Program-made: the position numbers and the translations under genes
The notes under the pieces: generated by a model
Told to the model about the DNA's origin: nothing
Databases searched by the model: none
Seen by the model: the letters and a program-made list of their open reading frames with translations, nothing else
Part shown: positions 42,449-51,849 of the stretch, in pieces
How the letters are laid out: every line of letters begins with the position of its first letter
How positions within the stretch are numbered: position 1 is the first letter of the stretch
NCBI GenBank assembly: GCA_037443035.1
Contig: JBBIPC010000021.1
Span: 1-64,000 of the forward strand
Source of the DNA: Chthonomonadales bacterium
Lineage (GTDB): Bacteria; Armatimonadota; Chthonomonadetes; Chthonomonadales; CAJBBX01
Reading direction: 5' to 3'
DNA length: 64,000 nt

Positions 42449-42493
42449 AACGTTCGGATTCTACCCCTTTCCATACGCAACCGCAAGGGGCTT

Positions 42494-43339
42494 TCATCGC
42501 ACGCCCGTCAAGCTATCCAGCCAGCGAAGCACGGCATTGCCCGCGATGATCTGCGAGAGCGACCATCGCTCAGCGACAACGTGCAAGCCGACGAGCACCA
42601 GCAACAAGGTGATGTGAAACCAGACGAACGGAAAGGCCATGGTGAGAGACACAGCGGCGGCGGCTCCCAAGGCGTTGCTGCCCGTATCGCCCAGCATGAG
42701 CCACCCACGCGCGTCGTGCGCCTGCAAGAGCGCCGACGAGACGAGTACACACGCGACGGCCACGGAGGAACCTCGCTCGCCGACGGTCATGAAAGAGCCC
42801 AGCGCAAGCATCTGCCCGACTAGACAGACGGCACCGGCTCGGCCTGGTCGGAGGTCCAGCAGATTCGCTGCATTCGCCGCAAGAGCTATGATGAGGGCAA
42901 GGAGTGGAAGCTTCCACGGATGGCAGCCGACTATGCCAAGGGATATCCATGTTGCAGCGGCCAGACCGCCCACTGCCTTGATGAGGCCTGACGTGATCCT
43001 CCGTTCTCTGAAGAATGCCCGAAGATGACCACGAAGCCCTTTCGCCGCCGCCGACCCCCATCGGTCATCCACGAAGCCCAATGTTCCGAAAAGGCCGAGT
43101 GCCCATGCCAGGGCCGCGGCAAGGTCTGGGTCGGCGACACGCCAGCGAGCAGCTACGAGTAGCACTGGCACTGCGCCCACGACCAGCAGAAGGCCACCGG
43201 CTGTAACGATCGTGTCGCCACGGTAGTTCCGGCGCAGCATCCCCAGATGACGAAGGAAACGGGGCAGAACTGCTGCCAGGATCCCATTCCAGAGCACGGC
43301 CAACGCGAGAACTAGGAGCGCACGGGCCTGTAGGGACAT
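42494..43339 (-). CDS. MraY/WecA-like (glycosyl transferase family 4) membrane protein
   Basis: Motifs RRNYRG, GFVDD, NAANLLDLRPGRA and MLGDTGSNALG. Confidence 0.8.
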   Translation of the reverse strand: MSLQARALLVLALAVLWNGILAAVLPRFLRHLGMLRRNYRGDTIVTAGGLLLVVGAVPVLLVAARWRVADPDLAAALAWALGLFGTLGFVDDRWGSAAAKGLRGHLRAFFRERRITSGLIKAVGGLAAATWISLGIVGCHPWKLPLLALIIALAANAANLLDLRPGRAGAVCLVGQMLALGSFMTVGERGSSVAVACVLVSSALLQAHDARGWLMLGDTGSNALGAAAAVSLTMAFPFVWFHITLLLVLVGLHVVAERWSLSQIIAGNAVLRWLDSLTGVR

Positions 43340-44004
43340 CGCCACTTCCTCCGCATCCAGAGCGCGCGGGCCACATCCACAAGCTGGCGCGCCCGATGGA
43401 GGAAGCCTCGCAGGTCGTTTCCCGTTACCCGGTGGTCCATCTCCACAGGCACTTCGAGGATGCTGTGCCCCGAGCAAATCGCGTCAATGGTGAGGGCGAC
43501 TTCGCTGCCGAACCCACGAGCGATCCCTCGCGCATGGACCCATACCACTCGTCGCAGGGCCCTCTGGCCCGAGAGAGGGGCCTGCATTTCCAGGCCAGTA
43601 ATCCGCCGAATGCCCCATCGAGCGAGTCGAACCACCAGCCCCATGCCGCCTCCGCGTCCTGGTCGAGTCGGGAACACACCCACGGTCATATCGCAGACGC
43701 CTTCCAGTACCGGATCCAGTAGCTTCCGCGCCTCGGTGACTGTCTCGCCTAGATCCGCGTCGAGGAAAAGGAGGATGTTGCCACGTGCCGCACGTGCTCC
43801 GGCATCCTGAGCTGCGCGCTTGCCGCGTCGGCGTCGCAGGCGAATGACCTTGGCGCCTGCTTCGGTGGCCACGCGCGCCGTGTGGTCCGTCGAACCATCA
43901 TCCACGACGATGATCTCGTCGGCAAGTCTTGCTGCTGCTAATGCTCTGACGGTGACTTCGATGTAACCTTGTTCGTTGTAAGCCGGGATGACCGCTGACG
44001 TCAT
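43312..44004 (-). CDS. GT2 family glycosyltransferase
   Basis: Motifs IPAYNE, VVDDGSTD, FLDADL and PLSGQRA. Confidence 0.9.
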   Translation of the reverse strand: MTSAVIPAYNEQGYIEVTVRALAAARLADEIIVVDDGSTDHTARVATEAGAKVIRLRRRRGKRAAQDAGARAARGNILLFLDADLGETVTEARKLLDPVLEGVCDMTVGVFPTRPGRGGGMGLVVRLARWGIRRITGLEMQAPLSGQRALRRVVWVHARGIARGFGSEVALTIDAICSGHSILEVPVEMDHRVTGNDLRGFLHRARQLVDVARALWMRRKWRCPYRPVRS

Positions 44005-44858
44005 GTATCGTCGGCGCCCAACGGGAGCAGACCATCGCGCGCGGTACCCTTGATGCCGTACGAGCCCTTGCCACCGCGGATGAGAAGGATCAGACAGGTG
44101 CGACCGATGTCCGTATCCACGTTGTCTACAGTGGCGATGCCTTTGGCCTGGTAGGCTGGCACATAGGACTGGACGGCGTCCGAGGGCTCCGCGCCGACGA
44201 CGGTCGTGCCGAGTTCACCGAACTGCTCGATCAACGGATAGTCCACAGAGAGCCAGCGCCGCTCCGTCTGGTCACGCGCCCCACCCATGAGCACAACGGC
44301 GTTGACCCGACGGCGATACTCGCCGCTCGCCTCGATGAGGTTCGTCTCCGTCAGCCTGGCAAGCTCCGAAGGATCGCCGCCCTGAGCGATCAGACCTGCG
44401 AGCGTGCGGAACACCTTGGTCCGAGCGTCGGCCGAGGGATCCTGGCGACCTCGGAGAGTCGGAGCGAGACTCGGAAGCGCAACCTCGAGACGCATCGGGA
44501 ATGAAGGTGGAAACGTCGTCGTGCTTTCCACCGATGCGCCAGCCTGGCGTAGCGCCTCGGACGCACGTTGGGCCGCATCTCCGTAGTCACCAGTGACCAC
44601 CACGGCGACACGGGTACGGTCCAGTGCATGGCGTGTGACGCGTGAAATGAGGATGGCGATGGCCTTGGCTTTCTCCTCGTTGTCCTTTCTTAGAGGTTGT
44701 ATTTCGTTCGTGAAGCGCTGATTCAGGTCACGCAACTGAACCCGCAGCCGTTCCGCGAGCGCCTCCTGCAGGTGGGAACTACCGATGATCATGCCGACGC
44801 CGAGCGCCAGGAAGATGGCGACAATGGTGGCGACGTGGTAGCGAAAACTCGGTCCCAT
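44001..44858 (-). CDS. SteB/MctB (DUF3186) family protein
   Basis: N-terminal FRYHVATIVAIFLALGVG, a coiled coil, TVDNVD and GSYG. Confidence 0.8.
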   Translation of the reverse strand: MGPSFRYHVATIVAIFLALGVGMIIGSSHLQEALAERLRVQLRDLNQRFTNEIQPLRKDNEEKAKAIAILISRVTRHALDRTRVAVVVTGDYGDAAQRASEALRQAGASVESTTTFPPSFPMRLEVALPSLAPTLRGRQDPSADARTKVFRTLAGLIAQGGDPSELARLTETNLIEASGEYRRRVNAVVLMGGARDQTERRWLSVDYPLIEQFGELGTTVVGAEPSDAVQSYVPAYQAKGIATVDNVDTDIGRTCLILLIRGGKGSYGIKGTARDGLLPLGADDT

Positions 44859-44862
44859 AGTC

Positions 44863-46008
44863 CTAGCGGAAACCCACGGCCGATCGGAGCCATAGCCGCC
44901 CGGCGTTGAGCAAGGTTCTCAAGAACGGCGAGTTGATGGCAACGACCACGACAGGGAACATGGCGGCCGCAGCAATAGCGACGATCTCGAGGCCAGCGGG
45001 CCGTCTCCGCTCCGACCAGAGCCGCCCGATGCCCTTGGCGTCCACAAGCTTGGAGCCGATGCGTAGCCGGACGAGGAACGTACTAGCCATGCCGCCACGA
45101 CCCTTGTCGAGGAAGTCCACCAGCGAGAAATGGGTGCCAACGGCCACGATCAGGGACGCCCCGCTTTCGTCCGCGAGCAGAAGAGCCGCGTCTTCGCTGG
45201 TGCCAGGAACGTGGAAAACGTGCGCCGCAAGGCCCAACTTCCGAAGCCGCGCCATGCCTGGTGCCTCCCGAGACCCCCTTGCGTAACCGTGCACGACCAG
45301 CTCGGCACCGCATCGTAGCGCCTCGTCACTGACGCTGTCCATGTCGCCGATAATGACGTCGGGTCTCAGCCCGAGGTCGAGAAGCGCATCGGCTCCGCCG
45401 TCCACACCGATGCGCACAGGTCGGACATCGCGGAGGTAGTGTTCGATGGCATGCAGGTCCTCCCGGTAACCCTCGCCACGGACCACGACGAGTGCATGGC
45501 GTCCCTTCATGCGCGTACTGAGCTTAGGCACATCTACGGGGTCGATGAGGAGGGCCTTCTCCTCGGCCAGGTAGGCCAGCGTGTTGCGAGCGAAGGCATC
45601 GAGCTCGTTGCTGATGTTGGAGCGCGCTGCGTCCATGCGAGCCTCTACCTGCTCAGCCGAGAGGAGCGTACCCTGCCCCTCGCTACCGTCTGCGAGGATG
45701 AGCCGATGCTCCTCCAGCGTCGCCGTCCGGCCTTCGTGGGCCGCGGCTGTGCGGAAGAACTCCTCGCCCACACCCTCTAGCATGGGTATGCCGGCTTCGA
45801 GCAAGATGCTGGGACCGAGGTTCGGATAGCGACCTGTGATGAATGGCGCGGCATTCACGACCGCGGCAACCCGGCAGTCAGCGAGCGAGCGCGCTGCCAT
45901 TGCGTCAAGGTCCGCATGGTGGATCAGCGCGATGTCTCCGGGCCGCAGACGCTGGACCAAGCGCTTGGTGCGTCGGTCGGCGCGCAATATTCCCTGAACC
46001 CTTAGCAT
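44863..46008 (-). CDS. steA: SteA-like protein (thiamine pyrophosphokinase-like domain)
   Basis: Motifs RTKRLVQRLRPGDIALIHHADLD, GRYPNLGP, IGVDGGADA, GDMDSVSD, FLDKGR and LVDAKG. Confidence 0.85.
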   Translation of the reverse strand: MLRVQGILRADRRTKRLVQRLRPGDIALIHHADLDAMAARSLADCRVAAVVNAAPFITGRYPNLGPSILLEAGIPMLEGVGEEFFRTAAAHEGRTATLEEHRLILADGSEGQGTLLSAEQVEARMDAARSNISNELDAFARNTLAYLAEEKALLIDPVDVPKLSTRMKGRHALVVVRGEGYREDLHAIEHYLRDVRPVRIGVDGGADALLDLGLRPDVIIGDMDSVSDEALRCGAELVVHGYARGSREAPGMARLRKLGLAAHVFHVPGTSEDAALLLADESGASLIVAVGTHFSLVDFLDKGRGGMASTFLVRLRIGSKLVDAKGIGRLWSERRRPAGLEIVAIAAAAMFPVVVVAINSPFLRTLLNAGRLWLRSAVGFR

Positions 46009-46127
46009 GGTTGGGAGTTCCTCTTACATTATGCGGGATTTACTCTGACATGTCAAACGCGCCCGGCCAGCGTGGCCCAGCAAGCCGGGCAGAGGCGACG
46101 CCCTTGGGGTACAATGAAAATGCCCTC

Positions 46128-47441
46128 ATGACACGCACGTTCCGGTTGGCCCTGTGCTTGGTAGCGCTGGGGATGGGTGCCGGTGGTTGCAGCTCAGCCA
46201 GACGCGACGGCAGGACCCTCCGCTGGGTGGTGGACCCGAATCCCATCCGCGCCGAGCAGATCGAGCTCTTCAACGCCAAGTATCCGGACGTCAGGGTGAT
46301 CAATGACCCTGACGCTGGTCCGCAACGCATTCTTACCCAGCTCGCTGGGGGCGTTCCGCCGGATGTGTTCGCCATCTATTCGCCCCAGAGCGCCGGCTTG
46401 TTCGCGCGCAAGGACGTCCTGGAGGACCTGCGACCGTGGGTGCGACGCTACGGCGTGGACATGAACATGTTCTGGCCGCAACTCGACGGCTACATCTACG
46501 AGAACGGCGATCGGGCCAACGGGCGTATTCTGGGGTTCCCCGATAACTGTGGCACCTATATGCTCTTCTACAACCGGCGCCTGTTCCGTGAGGCGGACGT
46601 CCAGGAACCGACGGATGCCTGGACATGGGACGAGTTCACCGAGGCGGCCAAGCGTCTGACCAGGCGGGATCGGTCCGGTCGTCTGATCCAGTTCGGGTGC
46701 GTGCTGCCACCCGCCTACCTGCTGGAGATGTTCGTCTGGCAGATGGGAGGCAGTTGGTACAGCGAGGATGGCACGCTCTGCACCTGCAACACCCCGGAGG
46801 CCAAGAAGGCGTTCGAGTGGTGGGCAGCGCTTCGCAGGACCCATCATGTGGCGCCCAGCGCGACCGAGGAACAGAGCCTTGCGCCCCTGGGCGGATGGGG
46901 TGGTTCTCAGAACCTCTTCAAGGCCGAGAAGGCGGCCATGATTATCACGGGACGCTGGCTTTCCATAGAATGGCGCAAGAACAAAGCTCTGGACTGGGAT
47001 ATCGCTCCTGTTCCCTATGGCAGGTACCGGCGTGGCATGCTCGAGAGCAAGATCTACGCCATTCCTCGCATCGCCCCAAACAAAGAACTCTCCTTCGCGT
47101 TTCTGCGGCATCTGGTCAGTCCCGAGGACGAAATGCTGGTGGCCGACTATGGGGACGGCATGCCGAGCGTCGAGGCTTACTGCCGCACCGAGCGTTTCCT
47201 ATTCAACCCTGCATACCCACGGGAACGGAGAAACCACCTCTATCTGAGTGAGATGCAATACGCCCGCGTGAAGCAGCAGTCGCCCTGGGTCCAGCAGCTC
47301 GACGCCGATACCATCCGCGAGGAGGAATGCGATCGGATATGGCAGGGCGAGATCACGCCCTCTCAAGCAGCCGACAACATCGCCCGTCGGATCAACGCCA
47401 TCATCCGCCGCAACCGCGCCAACCCGAACTTGATGGACTGA
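46128..47441 (+). CDS. ABC transporter sugar-binding lipoprotein
   Basis: Lipobox AGGC, plus PPDVF, LFYNRRLF, WTWDEF and WDIAPVP. Confidence 0.88.
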   Translation: MTRTFRLALCLVALGMGAGGCSSARRDGRTLRWVVDPNPIRAEQIELFNAKYPDVRVINDPDAGPQRILTQLAGGVPPDVFAIYSPQSAGLFARKDVLEDLRPWVRRYGVDMNMFWPQLDGYIYENGDRANGRILGFPDNCGTYMLFYNRRLFREADVQEPTDAWTWDEFTEAAKRLTRRDRSGRLIQFGCVLPPAYLLEMFVWQMGGSWYSEDGTLCTCNTPEAKKAFEWWAALRRTHHVAPSATEEQSLAPLGGWGGSQNLFKAEKAAMIITGRWLSIEWRKNKALDWDIAPVPYGRYRRGMLESKIYAIPRIAPNKELSFAFLRHLVSPEDEMLVADYGDGMPSVEAYCRTERFLFNPAYPRERRNHLYLSEMQYARVKQQSPWVQQLDADTIREEECDRIWQGEITPSQAADNIARRINAIIRRNRANPNLMD

Positions 47442-47571
47442 GGCACGCACGCTCTCGGCCAAGCTCGGCAACCTGATGCCGGATGGCGTGACCGATCGGC
47501 ATCTGACGTAGCACGTTGCGGGTGCTGCTAAGCTTGAGACGAGGGTAGCGCCTGCTCGAATAGGAGGTCAC

Positions 47572-48729
47572 ACGACATATACCACGAACGATTCGGAGCC
47601 TGGCGATATAGAAGACGAAGAGGCTCCCGCCCACCGAGAGATACAGGATTACCTGCTCGCAAGTTACCAGCGGCGGCTCGTCTTTCCACGGGCGGCTGTG
47701 GCGGCCGCGTCTAGCGCTCCTCTATCGGGACTTGTATGCGTTCTCGAGGAAGTGCGTCGTGATTTCCAACCCGTTGTGTTCGGTGCGGCGTTCATCGCCG
47801 CGATCGTTGCCGACGTCGTTACGCGGTGGTTGTCCGGAGATCTGCCGGTCCTCGGTGTATTAGGCTATCCTGCTCCTCCGCTTTGTTCTCTACTCGTTTC
47901 TGCCCTGCTTGGCGTCGCAGCAGGGTACCTTGGTGTGGCCTTCAACCGCAGTCTGCAAACAACGCTTCGTCTATGCGATCGTGTTCCGGGTCGGTACCGT
48001 GTCGCAGTCGCCGCCGTCACCGGTGGAATCGTTGGGCCGGTATTAGTTGGCAGCGGTCATGCACTGGCGGCGAAGACACTCCGAGCCAAACTCGCCCTCG
48101 GGCTCATCCCAGTGTTTTTCGTCGTGCGTCTGGTTCTGACGACTGCGAGCTATGGTACAGGAGCGCCGGGCGGCATCTTCGCCCCCCTGCTGGTGATCGG
48201 AGCGATGATCGGCCTCGCCTGTGGCCAGGCGGCTCACATGTTCTTGCCGCAAGTCGTTCCGATACCGGCAGTGTTCGCTGTCATTGGGATGGCAGCGTAC
48301 TTAACAGCGGTGGTTCGCGCTCCTTTCACCGCCGTCATGTTGATTGCTGAGATGACGGGCAGCTATGTGCTTCTATTGCCTCTTCTGGCCGCTTGCTTCT
48401 TCGCATATGCTGTGGCCGAGCACCTGCGGGAACTACCGGTCTACGAGGCACTCTTGGAGCGCGAACTGAGGGGCGGCGGTACAGCGCTGCAGCCGAAAGA
48501 GCCATTTGTGGGCGAGTTCGCGGTTGACCCCGGCGCGCCATTCGATGGGTTGATGGTTCGCGAACTGGGCCTGCCGCCGGGTTGCATTCTCGTTCGGTGC
48601 AGCGATGGGAAGCGCGATTGGATCCCCACTGCGGAGACCCGCTTGGGTGCCCATGTGCGGATCACGGCCATGGTCGATCCCGAAGCCGCAGACGCTGTTG
48701 CGATCCTACGGCAGGGCTGCAAGGCATGA
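47572..48729 (+). pseudogene. Internally deleted ClC H+/Cl- antiporter with a C-terminal RCK-C/TrkA-C domain
   Basis: Retains APLSG..VLEE, GAPGGIFAP, GMAAY...VRAP and LGLPPGCILV, but lacks GSGIP and GREGP. RBS AGGAGG is followed by an in-frame ACG instead of ATG. Confidence 0.75.
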
Positions 48730-48814
48730 GTATCGGACGGGCCGAGCGGACATGCGGCGAATCCCCGACCGCGTGACGCAACCCTGCTCCGAGCTGAACC
48801 TCCGCCTTATCCCT

Positions 48815-49888
48815 TCATGACTCCCGCTTAGAGCGCACCTTCGGTCTGGCGACCCTGACGCGCTCGATCACTGCCTTGACCAATCCGGTCATGGTCGTGG
48901 AATCCGTCTCCGGAACCATGCGGGCGGGGTGGGGGTACCAACTCTGGACAATCCACCGATCCGGGCGGCCGCCAGCCGCGAGGTAAGTGTCCACCATCTT
49001 GAGCGTCTCCTCCGCGAACAGGGCATCGGATGTTTGACCGCCCCGCTCGGAGTTGACGATCAGGTTGACCTCCAGACCTTCCGACCGGCTACGATCTTCG
49101 TAGTCGCGCACGCGCCGGAGCCAGTTCACCGCCGTGGCTGGTCTGAGATTGACCGAGAAGTGCTCGCCAATCAAGTAGTCATACGGGTTGTCAATGGTGA
49201 CGCCCATCAGTGGAAGCTTAGCCGCTCGGAGTCTTTGCAGGACCATCCGATGGGCGTCATCGTAGTCGCCGTAATCCTGCTTCCGTGGTCCCCGCGCGTG
49301 GTACGAGACATCTCCTTTGTAGCCCCAGTTGGGGAAGTTCGTCAGATGCCAGTACTTCATTTCGGGGTGCGCAGCATGAAACGTACGCACCGCCTTGACG
49401 ACCTGATCCGCTGCTGCATCCATGGACTCGAACCGCTTGCCGTCCGTGCGGTTCTCGGGATATAGGAGACGGCGCACGGGGCCATCCAGGTCCAGGTAAT
49501 CCACATGTCCCCCGGCGGCATACCATCGGTCCAGCGCGGACAGTTCACTGCGAGCGGACCACTCGCCGTTGGTCTCGTCCATGGGGCCGAAGTCCAAGCA
49601 GCCGCCAACCTCGACCGCAACCTCGAGCCTGTGCCATTTCACCAAGCGGACGAGCTTCTCCAGTTGGCCAGGAACTGGCTTGTGCAGCGTACCCACGTAG
49701 AGCTTGATGCCGCTGAGGTTGCTCTGTACCCACGACCACTGCGCCTCGCCGTCGAGCAGGTCTCCCACTCGAGACGTGCACAGCCAGACCTCTGGCTTGT
49801 AGGACGAAGGTCGTTGGGGATGGACTGCAAGCGGTAGCATGACTGTCAGCAAGAACAGAACGCTCGTCGCCGCCGCGCGTGCGATCAT
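48815..49888 (-). CDS. Hypothetical secreted protein
   Basis: 357-aa ORF with a signal peptide and normal amino-acid composition; possibly a TIM-barrel fold. Confidence 0.7.
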   Translation of the reverse strand: MIARAAATSVLFLLTVMLPLAVHPQRPSSYKPEVWLCTSRVGDLLDGEAQWSWVQSNLSGIKLYVGTLHKPVPGQLEKLVRLVKWHRLEVAVEVGGCLDFGPMDETNGEWSARSELSALDRWYAAGGHVDYLDLDGPVRRLLYPENRTDGKRFESMDAAADQVVKAVRTFHAAHPEMKYWHLTNFPNWGYKGDVSYHARGPRKQDYGDYDDAHRMVLQRLRAAKLPLMGVTIDNPYDYLIGEHFSVNLRPATAVNWLRRVRDYEDRSRSEGLEVNLIVNSERGGQTSDALFAEETLKMVDTYLAAGGRPDRWIVQSWYPHPARMVPETDSTTMTGLVKAVIERVRVARPKVRSKRES

Positions 49889-49966
49889 TCGGGATCACTC
49901 CTTCCTCGCCACGGGCGATTCGGTGCTGAGTACCGGTACGGAGACAGCGTCGCCACGGGAAAGACG

Positions 49967-51007
49967 CTACAGAATATCCACCTCGTGGGGGCCGCGGTGA
50001 ACCTCGCCAATGAGGGCGGCCGTCTCGCCGGCCAAAGATAGTTCTGCGATGACCTCCAGGGCCTGATCCCGGCGGCAGATGAGGACGAGCCCGATGCCCA
50101 TGTTGAACGTGCGGTACATCTCGGGATCCGGCACGTTGCCGAGTTCCTGAATATAGGTGAAAATGGGCGGCACGGTCCAGAGGCGGCGGTCCACGGTGAC
50201 GCTGCAGTCCGCCGGAAGAATGCGCGGGATATTGTCATAGAAACCACCGCCGGTGATGTGTGCCATTCCCTTGATCTCGAATCGGTCCAGGAGAGGTAAC
50301 ACTGCCGACGCGTAGCAGCGGTGCGGATCGAGGAGCACATCACCAATGCTCCGTCCGGCAAGTTGTGGCGGGGTACTGAAGGGTGTGAGTCCGGCCGAGT
50401 CGAACAGAACGTGGCGCGCCAACGAGAAGCCGTTCGTGTGGAGACCGTTCGATGCCAGTCCGATGACCGCATCGCCAGGCTCGATGGTCTTGCCGTCCAG
50501 GAGTTTGGCTCGGTCCGCTATGCCGACGATGCATCCAGCCAGGTCGTACTCGCCTTCGGCGTAGACGCCTGGCATCTCCGCGGTCTCGCCCCCGATCAGT
50601 GCGCAGCCTGCTGCCCTGCACCCTTCGGCGAGACCCTTGACCACCTCCACGACGATGTCAGGCGATAGCCTGCTGGTCGCGAAGTAGTCGAGGAAGAAGA
50701 GGGGCCTGGCACCTTGGACAAGGATGTCGTTGGCACAGTGAGCGACAAGGTCTGCGCCAATGGTGTCGTGGCGGCTCATGGCGATGGCCACGCGTACCTT
50801 GGTGCCGACTCCGTCTATGCTGGCAACCAGAACCGGCTGAGTCCCATCAGCACCTGGGAGTTGGTACACGCCGCCAAAGCTCCCCACGTCCGTCAGTACT
50901 TCGGGCGTGAACGTCGAGCGGACGTGCTCGCGCATCCGGAGTACCGCCGTGTTCATGGCGTCAATATCAACGCCTGCGTCCTTGTACGTGGTCTTCTCAG
51001 GTGTCAT
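49967..51007 (-). CDS. purM: Phosphoribosylformylglycinamidine cyclo-ligase
   Basis: Motifs YKDAGVD, DGVGTK, GGETAEMP, GLHTNGFS, HITGGG and RTFNMGIG. Confidence 0.97.
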   Translation of the reverse strand: MTPEKTTYKDAGVDIDAMNTAVLRMREHVRSTFTPEVLTDVGSFGGVYQLPGADGTQPVLVASIDGVGTKVRVAIAMSRHDTIGADLVAHCANDILVQGARPLFFLDYFATSRLSPDIVVEVVKGLAEGCRAAGCALIGGETAEMPGVYAEGEYDLAGCIVGIADRAKLLDGKTIEPGDAVIGLASNGLHTNGFSLARHVLFDSAGLTPFSTPPQLAGRSIGDVLLDPHRCYASAVLPLLDRFEIKGMAHITGGGFYDNIPRILPADCSVTVDRRLWTVPPIFTYIQELGNVPDPEMYRTFNMGIGLVLICRRDQALEVIAELSLAGETAALIGEVHRGPHEVDIL

Positions 51008-51735
51008 GGCGCCACCGAATACTGCCGGAATGTGAGCCCCTCGGCCAACGACCCTTCGAAGCGGCCAACCACATGGGATCCCCGGGTAATCGTACCGCTG
51101 ATGACGCCGTCCTGTCCAATCTCCAGACGTCCTACGTTGCCGCGATTGTCCGAGAGGTGGGCGATACCGTATAGCTGTGTGCGCGGACCAACGAGCTGCA
51201 AGAGGTTGGACGCGAACTCCATGTCGGATTCGATGCGCGCTGCATAGCCGTTATCATAGAGGACACCCACCGTGTCGGGAGTGCTCATGCGAATGCGGGG
51301 GCCGGCGAATCGGGCGGCCGCAAGCCGTCGGCTACCGCTGACTCGCACCACCGAAGGAATGGTCATCTCGAACTGCCAGCGTGCCTCAGGTTCGTGGGAT
51401 GTCGTTGTCACAGTGGCGGTCGCTCGTCCATCGGCCGACGTGATCCTGCGCTCGAACCCGACCGGATCGAGAGTGGGCGGGCCGCTGATTCCAGCTGCGG
51501 CTTCGTGTGCTACGTTGACAAGGTACACGGCGCAGGCTGCCAGGGCGGCCTCGGGCTCGTTGGCGCAGTACTCGTTGGCTTCGATGAGTCGGTCCGCCTC
51601 CACGAGGGCATGACCCAGACGATCGGCTGCATTGATGCGCCGACTACCGACGTATCGGGCGCCAGCAGTGGCTGCAGCCGCGCCTCCGGCCAGCACAGCC
51701 ATGCGCACAGCCTGTCTGAGGATTATCCCGAACAT
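51004..51735 (-). CDS. Hypothetical protein embedded in the pur cluster
   Basis: RBS AGGAGG and ATGA overlap with the purM start. Confidence 0.7.
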   Translation of the reverse strand: MFGIILRQAVRMAVLAGGAAAATAGARYVGSRRINAADRLGHALVEADRLIEANEYCANEPEAALAACAVYLVNVAHEAAAGISGPPTLDPVGFERRITSADGRATATVTTTSHEPEARWQFEMTIPSVVRVSGSRRLAAARFAGPRIRMSTPDTVGVLYDNGYAARIESDMEFASNLLQLVGPRTQLYGIAHLSDNRGNVGRLEIGQDGVISGTITRGSHVVGRFEGSLAEGLTFRQYSVAP

Positions 51736-51849
51736 CGCAACCTCCTACTAGGCGGAGCCTGATGGCCCGTCTTCGACAATACGACATAGACGGAGCGCAA
51801 CGGCAGACGGTTTCTCACGTCGGCTGGCGGTCTCAGCGACTGCACGAGT

